A DNA stretch of 64,000 nucleotides from a virus (taxonomy: Duplodnaviria > Heunggongvirae > Uroviricota > Caudoviricetes). Of the stretch, positions 43,292 through 52,997 are shown in pieces; within the stretch, counting starts at the first letter, position 1; each line of letters begins with the position of its first letter. The notes beneath the pieces are model-generated. The model did not search any database and was not told the DNA's origin. It saw only the letters and a program-made list of their open reading frames with translations. The DNA lies in IMG/VR virus record IMGVR_UViG_2687453522_000001. One strand, written 5' to 3'. The translations under genes and the position numbers were made by a program.

Positions 43292-43895
43292 GACTGTTTT
43301 TTGTGTCGGTAGCGGTCCGTCACTCACTCGTGAGGACTGTGCTGCTATAGAAAAAACTGGCTGTTCAATCATCGCGGTTAACAATTCCTGGCAGATGTTC
43401 GATGACATTTATGCCTTATACGCCGGTGATTTGTCATGGTGGAAGCAATACGGTTCCACCATACCGGGAGGGAGGTTCCGCAAAGTGACAGCCAACCTGG
43501 CGGCGGCGAAATCATTTTCGTTGGAGTACAGGCGATATTGTGGACCGGCGGAAGGGGTAAATAGCGGCGCGCAGGCTATCAGTCTGGCTGCTGAATCAGG
43601 GGCTGAAGTAGTGGTATTAGTCGGCTATGACTGTTCTCTGCAAAACGGCCTTCATTGGCATGGCGCGCACCCTCAAGCCCTACGGAATCCAACGCAGGTG
43701 TCTATTTCAAAATGGCAACAGCAGTTCCTGGATACCCGCAAAAAACACGCAGATTTACATATTTTGAATGCAAGTAGGAGCAGTGCAATTCAATGTTTCC
43801 CAAGAATAAATTTAGAGGCAGTGATCGCGTTATTATCGTCGGCAGTGGCCCAAGCGCCGCAAACTTTGTTGCGCCGCGCGGAGTGCCGATTATAG
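43268..43895 (+). CDS. Rossmann-type protein with GSGPS motif, paralog 1 (DUF115/MptE-like, tentative)
   Basis: About 209 aa from internal ATG; TVFCVGSGPSL...SIIAVNNSW and VVLVGYDCS motifs; paralogous to the next gene. Confidence 0.5.
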
Positions 43896-44419
43896 CGGTC
43901 AATGGGGCCATCGACTGGCTGAACCGCGCTTCTTATTTTTTCACCCTTGATCCATCCCCAGACAATATGCGGCGCGTTGGTCGTGGCCGCCGTCGCCGTG
44001 GTGTTTGTTATTGCATGGCACTACCCGATGTTAAAGAACGTGAAGTCAGAGATGGCGTTCTGTGCTTCCGTCGTGTGGCTGAACGCGGCATGGAGCCAAA
44101 AAATACGAATTCTCCCGAGTGGTGGGCGTGGCGCTGGTCCGCACATTTCGGCCTTTGCGAAGATGAGAATGAAATTGCCAGCGGCAATAGTGCATATGGT
44201 GCTCTGAACCTGGCTTTCCATATCGGATTCAAACATGTAGCTCTGGTGGGCGTTGACGCTACGCAAGAACTACGCGTTCACTCCGGCGGCACGCCAAAAA
44301 ATCTAAGTCACCTGCCTTTGTTATTCCAGTCTGCGCGTGAACAGATTGACGTTGTTTCATGCGGGAAAATGGGAGGTATTCCGCAGATGACTCTTAAAGA
44401 ATGGCTGAAGAATACATGA
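43793..44419 (+). CDS. Rossmann-type protein with GSGPS motif, paralog 2
   Basis: 208-aa ORF; [11 protein letters not shown]...PIIAVNGAI and VALVGVDAT motifs. Confidence 0.5.
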   Translation: MFPKNKFRGSDRVIIVGSGPSAANFVAPRGVPIIAVNGAIDWLNRASYFFTLDPSPDNMRRVGRGRRRRGVCYCMALPDVKEREVRDGVLCFRRVAERGMEPKNTNSPEWWAWRWSAHFGLCEDENEIASGNSAYGALNLAFHIGFKHVALVGVDATQELRVHSGGTPKNLSHLPLLFQSAREQIDVVSCGKMGGIPQMTLKEWLKNT

Positions 44420-45093
44420 TGGCACCCACAATTTATCACCGTATCGACGGTACCAAATACAGGAATGTCTGGGTTGTTGGTGATCTGCATGGTTGCTACA
44501 CCAGACTGATGTCCGAACTCCATCGTGTGGATTTTGACCCGGCGCAGGATTTACTGATATCGGTCGGCGACCTTATCGATCGCGGTACTGAAAATGTCGA
44601 ATGTCTGGAACTATTGCAGATGCCCTGGTTCAGGGCAGTGATGGGGAACCATGAGCGGTTGATGCTCGATGCGTTAAGTCCTGATGGCAACGTGAATAAC
44701 TGGCTAATGAATGGCGGACAATGGTTCTTCATGCTGGACACTGATCAGGAAATATTAGCCAGGGCGCTGGTGGAGCTGGTAAAGCGTCTGCCCTATATCA
44801 TTGAGTTGAACACCGGGCAAGAAACTATCGTTATAGCCCATGCCGACTATCCGGATAATGAATACCAATTCGGTAAGGAGGTGCCGCTTTTCAACGTTGT
44901 CTGGGCGCGCGAGCGTATCAGTGATTCGATGGATGATATTGGTGGCGAAATTTCGGGCGCAGATCGTTTTATCTTTGGTCACACTCCGGTGAAAAGCCCG
45001 AAGACATTCTGGAATCAGCAGTATATCGACACTGGTGCCGTATTTTGCGGAAACCTGACATTGATGAAAGTGAAAGGTGATGGTGCAGCATGA
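44401..45093 (+). CDS. ppp: Ppp, lambda-type Ser/Thr protein phosphatase
   Basis: 230-aa ORF; metallophosphatase motifs GDLHG, GDLIDRG, GNHE, GHT. Confidence 0.85.
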   Translation: MAEEYMMAPTIYHRIDGTKYRNVWVVGDLHGCYTRLMSELHRVDFDPAQDLLISVGDLIDRGTENVECLELLQMPWFRAVMGNHERLMLDALSPDGNVNNWLMNGGQWFFMLDTDQEILARALVELVKRLPYIIELNTGQETIVIAHADYPDNEYQFGKEVPLFNVVWARERISDSMDDIGGEISGADRFIFGHTPVKSPKTFWNQQYIDTGAVFCGNLTLMKVKGDGAA

Positions 45094-45791
45094 AGATTGC
45101 TTTAGTTCTTCGCTCTGGTGGTGACTATAACGCTTCCGATGTGCAGTGGCTGGTTAATCAACTGCCAAAAGACTATGAAATTATTTGCCTGACAGACCTG
45201 AAGTGTTTACATGTACCTGGCGTCAAAGTTATCCCATTGATCAACCAGTGGCAAAAGTGCCGTGGCTGGTGGGCGAAAATCGAGTTGTTCCGACCGGATA
45301 TAACCGATGATCTGTTCTATCTGGATTTGGACACGGTTATTGCCGGTGATATACGCCCAATCCTAGAGCATCCACCAACCAGCTTCACCATGCTTAGGGA
45401 TTTTTACCATCCACAATATCGTGGTAGCGGTGCCCTGTGGATACCAAATAGTGTTAAAGCGCATATCTGGAGTTCATTCTGGCAAGATCCGGAAGGTTGG
45501 ATTTCTCGTTGTGTCACTACTGAGTGCTGGGGTGACCAGGGGTTCTTACGAAAGGTTATGGGCGATGATACACCAGCATTTCAGGATCTGTATCCAGGAT
45601 GGTTTGTAAGTTACAAGGCCGATGTTGTGGAACCTGGTTCAAAATATGCGAGCGCGCGTTACTCCAGGGGGAATGGGGCATTACCAAAAGACTGCCGAAT
45701 AATCTTTTTCCACGGCAAACCGCGACCTCGCGAAGTGTCAGAGGATTGGCTCCCCCTTATCAGCTCATTTTTTGAGCGAGAATCAGAATAA
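45090..45791 (+). CDS. Hypothetical protein
   Basis: 233-aa ORF overlapping the ppp stop by 4 nt. Confidence 0.5.
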   Translation: MKIALVLRSGGDYNASDVQWLVNQLPKDYEIICLTDLKCLHVPGVKVIPLINQWQKCRGWWAKIELFRPDITDDLFYLDLDTVIAGDIRPILEHPPTSFTMLRDFYHPQYRGSGALWIPNSVKAHIWSSFWQDPEGWISRCVTTECWGDQGFLRKVMGDDTPAFQDLYPGWFVSYKADVVEPGSKYASARYSRGNGALPKDCRIIFFHGKPRPREVSEDWLPLISSFFERESE

Positions 45792-45792
45792 T

Positions 45793-45809
45793 ATTGCTCT
45801 AATAATTCC
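45793..45809 (+). promoter_or_regulatory. C1 operator-like site (half of an inverted pair)
   Basis: attgctctaataattcc, 14/17 to consensus. Confidence 0.65.
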
Positions 45810-45841
45810 ATATTTTTAAAACGTGATGTACACTCATCACG

Positions 45842-45858
45842 TTTTTTATTAGAGCAAT
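45842..45858 (-). promoter_or_regulatory. C1 operator-like site (inverted partner)
   Basis: Reverse complement attgctctaataaaaaa; the two sites flank the palindrome aaaacgtgatgtacactcatcacgtttt. Confidence 0.65.
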
Positions 45859-45872
45859 CTACAAGGTGCACT

Positions 45873-46091
45873 ATGTGGCCATTCCGACGGAAATATCACT
45901 ACTGGCTGATCGCCTTTGTTACGCCGACCGGCGGTATCAGGCATGTCATCACCAGGTATCGCAACAAGAGACTCACCTTAGCCAGAATTTTACAGGCTGC
46001 CATAGGTGAGGGACTGGATACAAATTGCGTAGTCCTTCCTCCTTCATACTTAGGAAAAATGACCGAAGCACAAGCTAATACGGAACTTTGA
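45873..46091 (+). CDS. Small hypothetical protein
   Basis: 72-aa ORF immediately upstream of the next gene. Confidence 0.35.
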   Translation: MWPFRRKYHYWLIAFVTPTGGIRHVITRYRNKRLTLARILQAAIGEGLDTNCVVLPPSYLGKMTEAQANTEL

Positions 46092-46092
46092 A

Positions 46093-47355
46093 ATGATCAC
46101 TTCAGCACAAAACCAATCAATCGAAAATGTATCTATCCCTGACGTCCTGAATGCCGGTATCCCGGCCATTATCCAGAACATCCGGGCCGCGCAACGCCGC
46201 GTTAGTTGTGATGACCTCACAGCGCGTTTTTTTGATAATGCGGTTCAGTCAGCGGAGATGCTTCACGCACAGCTTATTGATGTTTATAACGCAGAAGCTG
46301 ATAGCCATAACTCCCTGGTAGATGCAGCTGAAAATATGCAGTTGGATCTCGGTCTGAAGGGTAAAGAAATTGAAGAGCTTCAGCTACAAATTGAACATTT
46401 GAAACGCCAGCAACAGGACGCGATCGACAATGCGACGCATGACGCCAACCAGCGTGCTGATAATGCCGAACGTATAAGCATTGAGCTGGAAACAAAACTC
46501 AATGAAATGACCGCGATGGTTGAACTGCGGAACTCACAGATTTCAACGCTAAAATCTCAATATAAAGAGATCATGAAACTTGATCCTTTTAACCTTGAGA
46601 AACGCTATAACAAAGCTAAAAGCGAGCGACAGGAACTGCGTAAGCAGGTCGCCGACCTTAACCAACAGCTCAAAAAAACTATTAAAGATGCAAGCGAAGC
46701 GCGCGTGGCATTTGCTAATAAAAAAGCAGAGGTTACCGCGCTGGTTAATGAGAATGCCAAATTTGCGACGCTCAAGAAGGAAATGTATGGCATTACTGAG
46801 CGCCGTTTCCCTGCAAGCAAACTTCATCCGACGTTAGGGCAAATCTCCTTCTTCCCGCGCCTCCTGGCTTATGGGATCTCATCGCCTAAAGAGTTCAATA
46901 ACGAGCGTCCTTATATCGTTTCTAAGCTGGACTTTGCTTATCAGTTCTGCTGCGACATGGGCTATGCCATTGATATCCGAATCAACGAATGGTTGATGCC
47001 AAACTTCCAGCCGTTGGCAATTTTCCGCGAGTTCCAGCCGGAAGGTTGGGTAGAGTTCTTCCATGAATTGATCTGTAAAGAGATGGAAAGCCGCCGCCCG
47101 GAATTGGTCCGTCGAGTTGAGTGGGCGCAAGAGGTTATGTTGGCAGATGCAGAGCTGCCGTTCGAACCGGAATTCATTGATGATCTGGCAACTAAAGGGT
47201 TGCATACCCTGTTTGATGTGGTTACCCGCCGTCATGAGCAGTTGGTTGTCGAATTGGGTTTAGAGGAAACAGCGGCAAGAAGACTTCTCGATGTTTGCTA
47301 TGCACGTAGCGATGCATGGGAAAAAGAGAACGGCGGCACTATTTACGTCCGCTGA
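46093..47355 (+). CDS. Coiled-coil protein (hypothetical)
   Basis: 420-aa ORF; N-terminal half rich in heptad-like Q/E/K/L repeats. Confidence 0.5.
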   Translation: MITSAQNQSIENVSIPDVLNAGIPAIIQNIRAAQRRVSCDDLTARFFDNAVQSAEMLHAQLIDVYNAEADSHNSLVDAAENMQLDLGLKGKEIEELQLQIEHLKRQQQDAIDNATHDANQRADNAERISIELETKLNEMTAMVELRNSQISTLKSQYKEIMKLDPFNLEKRYNKAKSERQELRKQVADLNQQLKKTIKDASEARVAFANKKAEVTALVNENAKFATLKKEMYGITERRFPASKLHPTLGQISFFPRLLAYGISSPKEFNNERPYIVSKLDFAYQFCCDMGYAIDIRINEWLMPNFQPLAIFREFQPEGWVEFFHELICKEMESRRPELVRRVEWAQEVMLADAELPFEPEFIDDLATKGLHTLFDVVTRRHEQLVVELGLEETAARRLLDVCYARSDAWEKENGGTIYVR

Positions 47356-47377
47356 TAGTTACAGCGTCACTTTTAAT

Positions 47378-47410
47378 GCTGGTGGAGTGCGCCCACCAGC
47401 ATTTTTTTCG
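47378..47410 (+). terminator. Rho-independent terminator
   Basis: gctggtgg agtgcgc ccaccagc followed by atttttttc. Confidence 0.75.
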
Positions 47411-47427
47411 TCCAATGAGGAGGGCAT

Positions 47428-47934
47428 TTGAGTATTTTCAATAAACACGCACACCAGGAACGTCCGTATATCGTCATAGTCGATATTGATGGAACAATAT
47501 CAGAGGCAACTGAAGACAGACTGCATTTGCTTCCGCCACCAGGTAAAGGTGCATTAACAAAGGACTGGAACGAGTTTAATCTCGCCTGTGACACCGATAC
47601 TCCCATCACTCCGGTTATTGATATGGTGCGCCAGTTATTTAACGTTTACACGGTCTGGTTTGTAACCGGGCGCTGTGAGATCGCAAGGGATAAAACACGA
47701 GCCTGGCTGCGGAAGTACGTAACAAACGGGGCTGAGCCTTTGCTATCTATGCGTCCTGCCACCGATGACAGAAATGACGGTCCAGCAAAGATTGATCTCC
47801 TGAAGAAAATTGGTCTAAGTAAAATTGCGTTCGCGCTGGAAGATAAGATTGAAGTGGCGCGTGTTTTCAGGAGTCACGGCGTACTTACGTTAATGGTCAG
47901 GGAGTATGAAAACGCGCTTCTCCACCAACAATAA
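47428..47934 (+). CDS. HAD-superfamily phosphatase-like protein
   Basis: 168-aa ORF with DIDGT motif near the N-terminus (YIVIVDIDGTIS) and a later GRC segment. Confidence 0.55.
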   Translation: MSIFNKHAHQERPYIVIVDIDGTISEATEDRLHLLPPPGKGALTKDWNEFNLACDTDTPITPVIDMVRQLFNVYTVWFVTGRCEIARDKTRAWLRKYVTNGAEPLLSMRPATDDRNDGPAKIDLLKKIGLSKIAFALEDKIEVARVFRSHGVLTLMVREYENALLHQQ

Positions 47935-47950
47935 TTGCTCTAATAAATAT
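47934..47950 (+). promoter_or_regulatory. C1 operator-like site
   Basis: attgctctaataaatat, 15/17, overlapping the stop of the preceding gene. Confidence 0.7.
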
Positions 47951-48128
47951 TGATTTTTAAAACAGAGAAAGTGAAAATAAAAACATGCCGCAAGGCGCGG
48001 CATGTATCCAATCAATCACAGGAGCTGAAAATATGAACACGGCATTCAAAATCATTATGGCCGCGATCTATTTCTGGCTGTTCTCTATCACTTTTGGCGG
48101 CATCGTCGCGCATGGGTAAGGGGGATGC

Positions 48129-48857
48129 ATGAAAGGCGAAGTGAAAGAGCGCGGCATGATTTTCAACGATGAGATGGTCCGAGCCATCCTCGAAGGAAGG
48201 AAAACGCAGACGCGGCGGATAATGAAAAATCAGCCTGCGGAAGTTGGTCCAGAAGCACCAGTGATGGTTAGGGAAATTGGTGCAGGTTTTCAGTGGTACG
48301 GGGCTGATGGTGTAAGCAGTGTTTTCAATTGCCCCTTTGGTATCGTCGGCGATCGAATTTGGGTTCGTGAAACATGGGCGATATTAGGCAATGAAGATGG
48401 TTGCAGTGTGGACTGGAACGACAACCTTTGTCGTGGCGATGAGAAGAACGCAGCAAGGATTTATCGGGCCAGTTGTGAGCAAAAGCCTGGTGATTACGGT
48501 TTATGGTCGATACCCGATGATGCCGACTGGAAACCTCACACTGTGAATGAAAAGTTTGATGGTGGGTGGCGTCCATCAATTCACATGCCGCGATGGGCAT
48601 CACGCATCCTGTTGGAAATTACCAACGTGCGCGTTGAGCGGTTGAACGATATCAGCGAATGCGATGCAAGGGATGAGGGCGTTCCGCCTGCTGGAAGTTT
48701 GCTTCCTGATCACCCGGGAACATTCCTTACTCCCAAGGGGGATTTCGCAATGGCCAAGGTTGCGTTCCAGCGTCTGTGGGAATCCATCTATGGTGAAGAA
48801 AGCTGGAACGCTAATCCCTGGGTGTGGGTAATCGAGTTTAAGCGCATTCAGGAATAA
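48129..48857 (+). CDS. Conserved phage protein (hypothetical)
   Basis: 242-aa ORF; N-terminal FNDEMVRAILEGRKTQTRR looks like a recurrent phage-protein signature, family not assigned. Confidence 0.5.
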   Translation: MKGEVKERGMIFNDEMVRAILEGRKTQTRRIMKNQPAEVGPEAPVMVREIGAGFQWYGADGVSSVFNCPFGIVGDRIWVRETWAILGNEDGCSVDWNDNLCRGDEKNAARIYRASCEQKPGDYGLWSIPDDADWKPHTVNEKFDGGWRPSIHMPRWASRILLEITNVRVERLNDISECDARDEGVPPAGSLLPDHPGTFLTPKGDFAMAKVAFQRLWESIYGEESWNANPWVWVIEFKRIQE

Positions 48858-48940
48858 ACCGTGAGTATGCATCAAATCGTCAGTTTTTCAGGTGGACGAG
48901 CATCGGCCTGTCTCGTTCATCTGTTCGAATAGGTAGTGGC

Positions 48941-49144
48941 ATGACAATCGTAAAAACCCATACCGGCACCGTGATCACCAAAGACGGTCCGCAGGTAAAA
49001 AAACTGCACCAAACAGAGCGGATGTGGGTCGTCGGCAAAAACGAGTTTTACCACAAAGAAACTGGACGCCGCCATTTTGCAGAAAATACGCGCCGCCGAC
49101 TGCTGTTAGACACCATCAAGCCTATCGAGGTGAAGCATGTTTAA
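48941..49144 (+). CDS. Small hypothetical protein
   Basis: 67-aa ORF; stop overlaps next ORF start. Confidence 0.35.
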   Translation: MTIVKTHTGTVITKDGPQVKKLHQTERMWVVGKNEFYHKETGRRHFAENTRRRLLLDTIKPIEVKHV

Positions 49145-49376
49145 ACAGAACGAAAAGGCTATCGCTCAAATTGCTGATTATATCCCGCGTGCGTGCCGGG
49201 GTATGCAGTTGCAGGAAGCCAAAGCGCGCCTGGAGAAAAAAATTGCGCTCTATATTGATGACGGCTGTGATGCTGCTGTTCTTAACGCAGCGTTCGCGCC
49301 AGCTCTTAACAGTCATACGCGGGAGTCTTTTTTTTCGCGCATCGCAGCGCAGATCCGTAAAGGAGGCAACCAGTGA
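49137..49376 (+). CDS. Small hypothetical protein
   Basis: 79-aa ORF translationally coupled to the following gene. Confidence 0.4.
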   Translation: MFKQNEKAIAQIADYIPRACRGMQLQEAKARLEKKIALYIDDGCDAAVLNAAFAPALNSHTRESFFSRIAAQIRKGGNQ

Positions 49377-50098
49377 GCGAAATTAACTATAAAGAACTGC
49401 GCGAGGCGGCGAAACAGGCAACGCAAGATGAATGGGTAGCATATATTTTGCCGGGTCATAACGGCATTTATCCTGCGCGCACGTCTGAGGGTAGGCATTG
49501 CGGATACTTTATTGACTGGCCTAGCGTCTGTCAGGGGCGGGAGAGCATCAACATGAGCATCAGAACCTACGCAGTGAATTGCAATGACGCATGGCTAAAC
49601 ACCGAAGGTGATGACATCTCCGGCTCATACGTTAAGTACAAAGACCATCAGGAAGTGGTTGCCGCTCTTGAGGCCAAGTGCGCGGCGCTGGCGGCGGAGA
49701 ATGAGCTGGCTCGTAAGGCAGTTCAGGCATTCTGCGATGTTGTTGGCGACAACACCGAGGTTATCGCTGAGGAGGTTGGGCGAGATGGCGTTCTGGTTAT
49801 TTTGGGGGCCATGAAGGCAACAGGAAATATTTCAGCCACCGATGCTTTTCTGGCTGAAATTCGTGCGGAAGCACGCAACGAGGGGATTAACTATACCGCC
49901 AGCCGTCTTGCTGCTGCGTTCAATCACGGATTTATCAATAAATCTTTGCGTGAAGTTTTCGACGTTACACGCATGATTTTGTCAGCGAAAGAAGAGTTGG
50001 CTAATGAACCGCATCCGATTGATGGCCTGTCCGGTGAATATGCGGAGAAATCCCTTGAAGAATGGGCGGAACAGATTCGCAAAGGAGGCAAGCAGTGA
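49373..50098 (+). CDS. Ead/Ea22-like protein, paralog 1
   Basis: 241-aa ORF; N-terminal NYKELREAAKQATQDEW matches the second copy. Confidence 0.55.
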   Translation: MSEINYKELREAAKQATQDEWVAYILPGHNGIYPARTSEGRHCGYFIDWPSVCQGRESINMSIRTYAVNCNDAWLNTEGDDISGSYVKYKDHQEVVAALEAKCAALAAENELARKAVQAFCDVVGDNTEVIAEEVGRDGVLVILGAMKATGNISATDAFLAEIRAEARNEGINYTASRLAAAFNHGFINKSLREVFDVTRMILSAKEELANEPHPIDGLSGEYAEKSLEEWAEQIRKGGKQ

Positions 50099-50394
50099 GT
50101 GTATATCTTATTGATAAACGTCGACGTGGGCAACAAATACCACCTGTAGGAATTCCGAATCACACATGGTTTTGCGTACTTGATATCGATGGTATGGATG
50201 CGTTGGTTGACACTCGTCATTACTGCGATACCGCAACAGCTACTCCGGCGAAAGCAAAGAAAATGGCTGCTCTGATAGAAAACTGGACTCCACCTGATGG
50301 TTGGTGCAATGGGAATGATCGAGATTGGCATGAAAAAATGAAGGGCTATATCTGCGATTTCTTACGTAAATGCAACGGATTCAGGGTGATGTGA
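50095..50394 (+). CDS. Small hypothetical protein
   Basis: About 99 aa; ORF opens at 50062 but coupling to the upstream stop suggests a start near 50095. Confidence 0.4.
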   Translation: MSVYLIDKRRRGQQIPPVGIPNHTWFCVLDIDGMDALVDTRHYCDTATATPAKAKKMAALIENWTPPDGWCNGNDRDWHEKMKGYICDFLRKCNGFRVM

Positions 50395-50395
50395 C

Positions 50396-50953
50396 ATGAA
50401 CAAGATTGACTATCAGGCACTGCGTGAGGCGGCAGAGAAGGCAACGTGGGGAGACTGGGACTCATATAAACCACACCGTGGCGCACGTGGTTATGAGGTC
50501 CGACTAAGTAGTCAGGCCATTGCGCAACACGTTCTGAAAAACAACGCTGAATTTATTGCTGCCTTTAATCCAAAGATTGCTTTGGCACTACTGGATGAAC
50601 GGGAAAGGAACCAGCAATACATCAAATCCCGCGACCAGGAGAACGAGGATATTGCACTAACGGTAGGGAAGTTGCGCGTTGAGCTGGAAGCAGCAAAATC
50701 AAAACTCAACGAGCAGCGTGAGTATTACGAAGGTGTTATCTCTGATGGGAGTAAGCGCATAGCAGAGTTAGAAAGTGGTTCTCAGGCACAAAAGTTAGTT
50801 GAAGCAATCATTGTTGCGATAGAAAACGAACAGGAACGTCTTTTTGATGAAGATTACCTAATGGATTCGAAAGAATGCATTGACGTAATTCGTGAAGAAG
50901 TAAAGCGATGGGATGATTCCCGCGCCGCTGGCATTGGCATCAAAGGAGAGTGA
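50396..50953 (+). CDS. Ead/Ea22-like protein, paralog 2
   Basis: 185-aa ORF; N-terminal IDYQALREAAEKATWGDW; coiled-coil centre. Confidence 0.55.
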   Translation: MNKIDYQALREAAEKATWGDWDSYKPHRGARGYEVRLSSQAIAQHVLKNNAEFIAAFNPKIALALLDERERNQQYIKSRDQENEDIALTVGKLRVELEAAKSKLNEQREYYEGVISDGSKRIAELESGSQAQKLVEAIIVAIENEQERLFDEDYLMDSKECIDVIREEVKRWDDSRAAGIGIKGE

Positions 50954-50954
50954 T

Positions 50955-51218
50955 ATGGCAACTTTGACAAAAAAAGAACAAGCATGGTTGAGCGAATTAC
51001 AGGACGTTCTTGATCGCTGCCCATCACCGAAAAAAATTGGTTTTTACACCATTGGCGATAAAAGCATTTACCTGTATGACCTGCGCCGCATGGATGAAAT
51101 CATGGAGGCTCTTGATAATCGTTCGTCAATGGATTGGTGTGTTGCTGTTCATGATATGAATGCCGGATTTGATGAAAAGATTTTATTCCCCTCATCAGTT
51201 GAAAGTACAGCAGGATAA
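50955..51218 (+). CDS. Small hypothetical protein
   Basis: About 87 aa starting MATLTKKEQAWLSEL at an internal ATG of the ORF that opens at 50913. Confidence 0.4.
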   Translation: MATLTKKEQAWLSELQDVLDRCPSPKKIGFYTIGDKSIYLYDLRRMDEIMEALDNRSSMDWCVAVHDMNAGFDEKILFPSSVESTAG

Positions 51219-51228
51219 GGACTAACAC

Positions 51229-51828
51229 ATGACCACTATTACCAAAGAGCGACTGCTGACAATCAGGCAGTGGCGCGAAACATACGGACCTGGTAGCAAC
51301 GTTGTACTGCCAGCAGAAGAAGCGGAAGAACTGGCACGAATTGCTCTGGCATCGCTGGAGCAGAATGTACTATCGGGCAACTCTCCGCTTATTCCTGGTG
51401 AAGTGTTGTCCGCAATCCGGGAGGTTGCCAGGATTCGTGCCGATTTCGATGATTTTGACGGTGACAGGCGAGGTATCGGTGATTGTCTGGATGAGGCCGA
51501 GCAAGAGCTTATCGTTACCATTAACAAATATGCCAGTCAGTTGGCAGCAGAACCTATAGCGCCTAATGACGTTCGAGAGCAGACAGCCATTCCGCAAGTT
51601 CCGGTAACTCCGGATGGTTGGATAAGCTGTAGTGAGCGAATGCCGAATACCAAAACAGCCGTTCTTGTTGCCGTGGAGTTTGACAGGAAAGGTGACTGGC
51701 GAATGAAATGGGCTACTTACATCCCGGGGCATCCTGACGCTAATGATGGGTGGATAATTCCTGGTGCGTCGTGGAAACCGTCACACTGGATGCCGCTACC
51801 AGAACCGCCGCAGGAGGTGAATCAATGA
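51229..51828 (+). CDS. DUF551-domain protein
   Basis: 199-aa ORF; C-terminal DGWISCSERMPN...GWIIPGASWKPSHWMPLPEPP resembles DUF551. Confidence 0.6.
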   Translation: MTTITKERLLTIRQWRETYGPGSNVVLPAEEAEELARIALASLEQNVLSGNSPLIPGEVLSAIREVARIRADFDDFDGDRRGIGDCLDEAEQELIVTINKYASQLAAEPIAPNDVREQTAIPQVPVTPDGWISCSERMPNTKTAVLVAVEFDRKGDWRMKWATYIPGHPDANDGWIIPGASWKPSHWMPLPEPPQEVNQ

Positions 51829-51892
51829 GCTGGCCTGAAGCATTCACCACGGTAGGAATTGTGATGGCGGCAGCACTGGGTTTGTATTCAAT

Positions 51893-52144
51893 TTGTCGCT
51901 GGTGGTAACGATGGGAAAAATAACTTTTGTAGTCGAATTTGAGGATGGTAAAGAGCCACCTGTTAGCGCCAATCTTGATGTTGCTGGTGGCAGGCTTGTT
52001 TCGGTTCTATTTGGTGACTACCGAGATGATTTCTTCCAACCAGAAGAAGTTGATGTGGTGCGAGAGGCATTAAACGAGTTAAGTGTTGATAACGATGATG
52101 CTCATGCGGAAATCATCCAAAAAATGGAACTGCTAACTCACTAA
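51893..52144 (+). CDS. Small hypothetical protein
   Basis: 83-aa acidic ORF. Confidence 0.4.
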   Translation: MSLVVTMGKITFVVEFEDGKEPPVSANLDVAGGRLVSVLFGDYRDDFFQPEEVDVVREALNELSVDNDDAHAEIIQKMELLTH

Positions 52145-52235
52145 ATTATCAATTATGGTGCTATCACCTACGACACCGAGAGAAAATTTATAATGTCAAA
52201 AGTAAATGTTTTGATTTTTTCAGTAATTGTAGGTT

Positions 52236-52616
52236 TTGGTTTTTCTGCTGGAGTGCATATTTATATTACGTGGGAAAAAATCATCAACTACGTATGGAGT
52301 TGTTTTATTAAGTGAGGTAAGTATGTGGAGAGGTAATAGTCATGGCAAAAGCCAGATGATACTTACCGAATATCAGTTTGACCATAAAACCAATAAATCA
52401 CGTTCAGTATATTTGCTTCGGCACAATAGCCGCGTAAGGAATACCGTGCTGGAACAAAATCTGACAGTTGAAATAGATAATTACGGGGGCTTCAAGCCAA
52501 CAATTTCGCTTGATGATTTTCCTCGTGGTTTAAGCGAAAGAGAAGCAATGCTGAAATTAGCAGAATGGCTACAAAGATTAAGCATTGCTATTGAAGATAA
52601 CTGGTCTGAACCTTAA
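52236..52616 (+). CDS. Hypothetical protein in AT-rich segment
   Basis: 126-aa ORF, real start may be the internal ATG near 52323; AT-rich. Confidence 0.35.
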   Translation: MVFLLECIFILRGKKSSTTYGVVLLSEVSMWRGNSHGKSQMILTEYQFDHKTNKSRSVYLLRHNSRVRNTVLEQNLTVEIDNYGGFKPTISLDDFPRGLSEREAMLKLAEWLQRLSIAIEDNWSEP

Positions 52617-52622
52617 ATTTAT

Positions 52623-52997
52623 ATGATGACACTAAAACATTTTCTTGACCGCCCATTATGGGCGGCAGCCGCAGGCTATGACTTTAATTATATGGATTGC
52701 ATGTCTTATACTGCCAATGCATACGACCATGCGTTCAGCCTGCTGTTTAATTCTTTAAGAATATTGCCGGAAACAGAAGTTGGAGAGCTTCATTTATGGA
52801 TATTGAGCTTTATCGCGGCAGTCGTTGGTATTGCTGTATGGCCTTTTATTTTCTGGCTGGTGGCTGTTGTAGTGTGGTTTAAGTGCAAGACATACCGGAG
52901 AAAGTATTTCTTAGGTGATGGAATGACCGATATTGCCAAAATGAACATTGAAAAATGGACTAAGGAATGTGAAAAGAAATGGCGCAAAAAGAAATGA
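52623..52997 (+). CDS. Small membrane protein in AT-rich segment
   Basis: 124-aa ORF with hydrophobic helix LWILSFIAAVVGIAVWPFIFWLVAVVVWF. Confidence 0.4.
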   Translation: MMTLKHFLDRPLWAAAAGYDFNYMDCMSYTANAYDHAFSLLFNSLRILPETEVGELHLWILSFIAAVVGIAVWPFIFWLVAVVVWFKCKTYRRKYFLGDGMTDIAKMNIEKWTKECEKKWRKKK

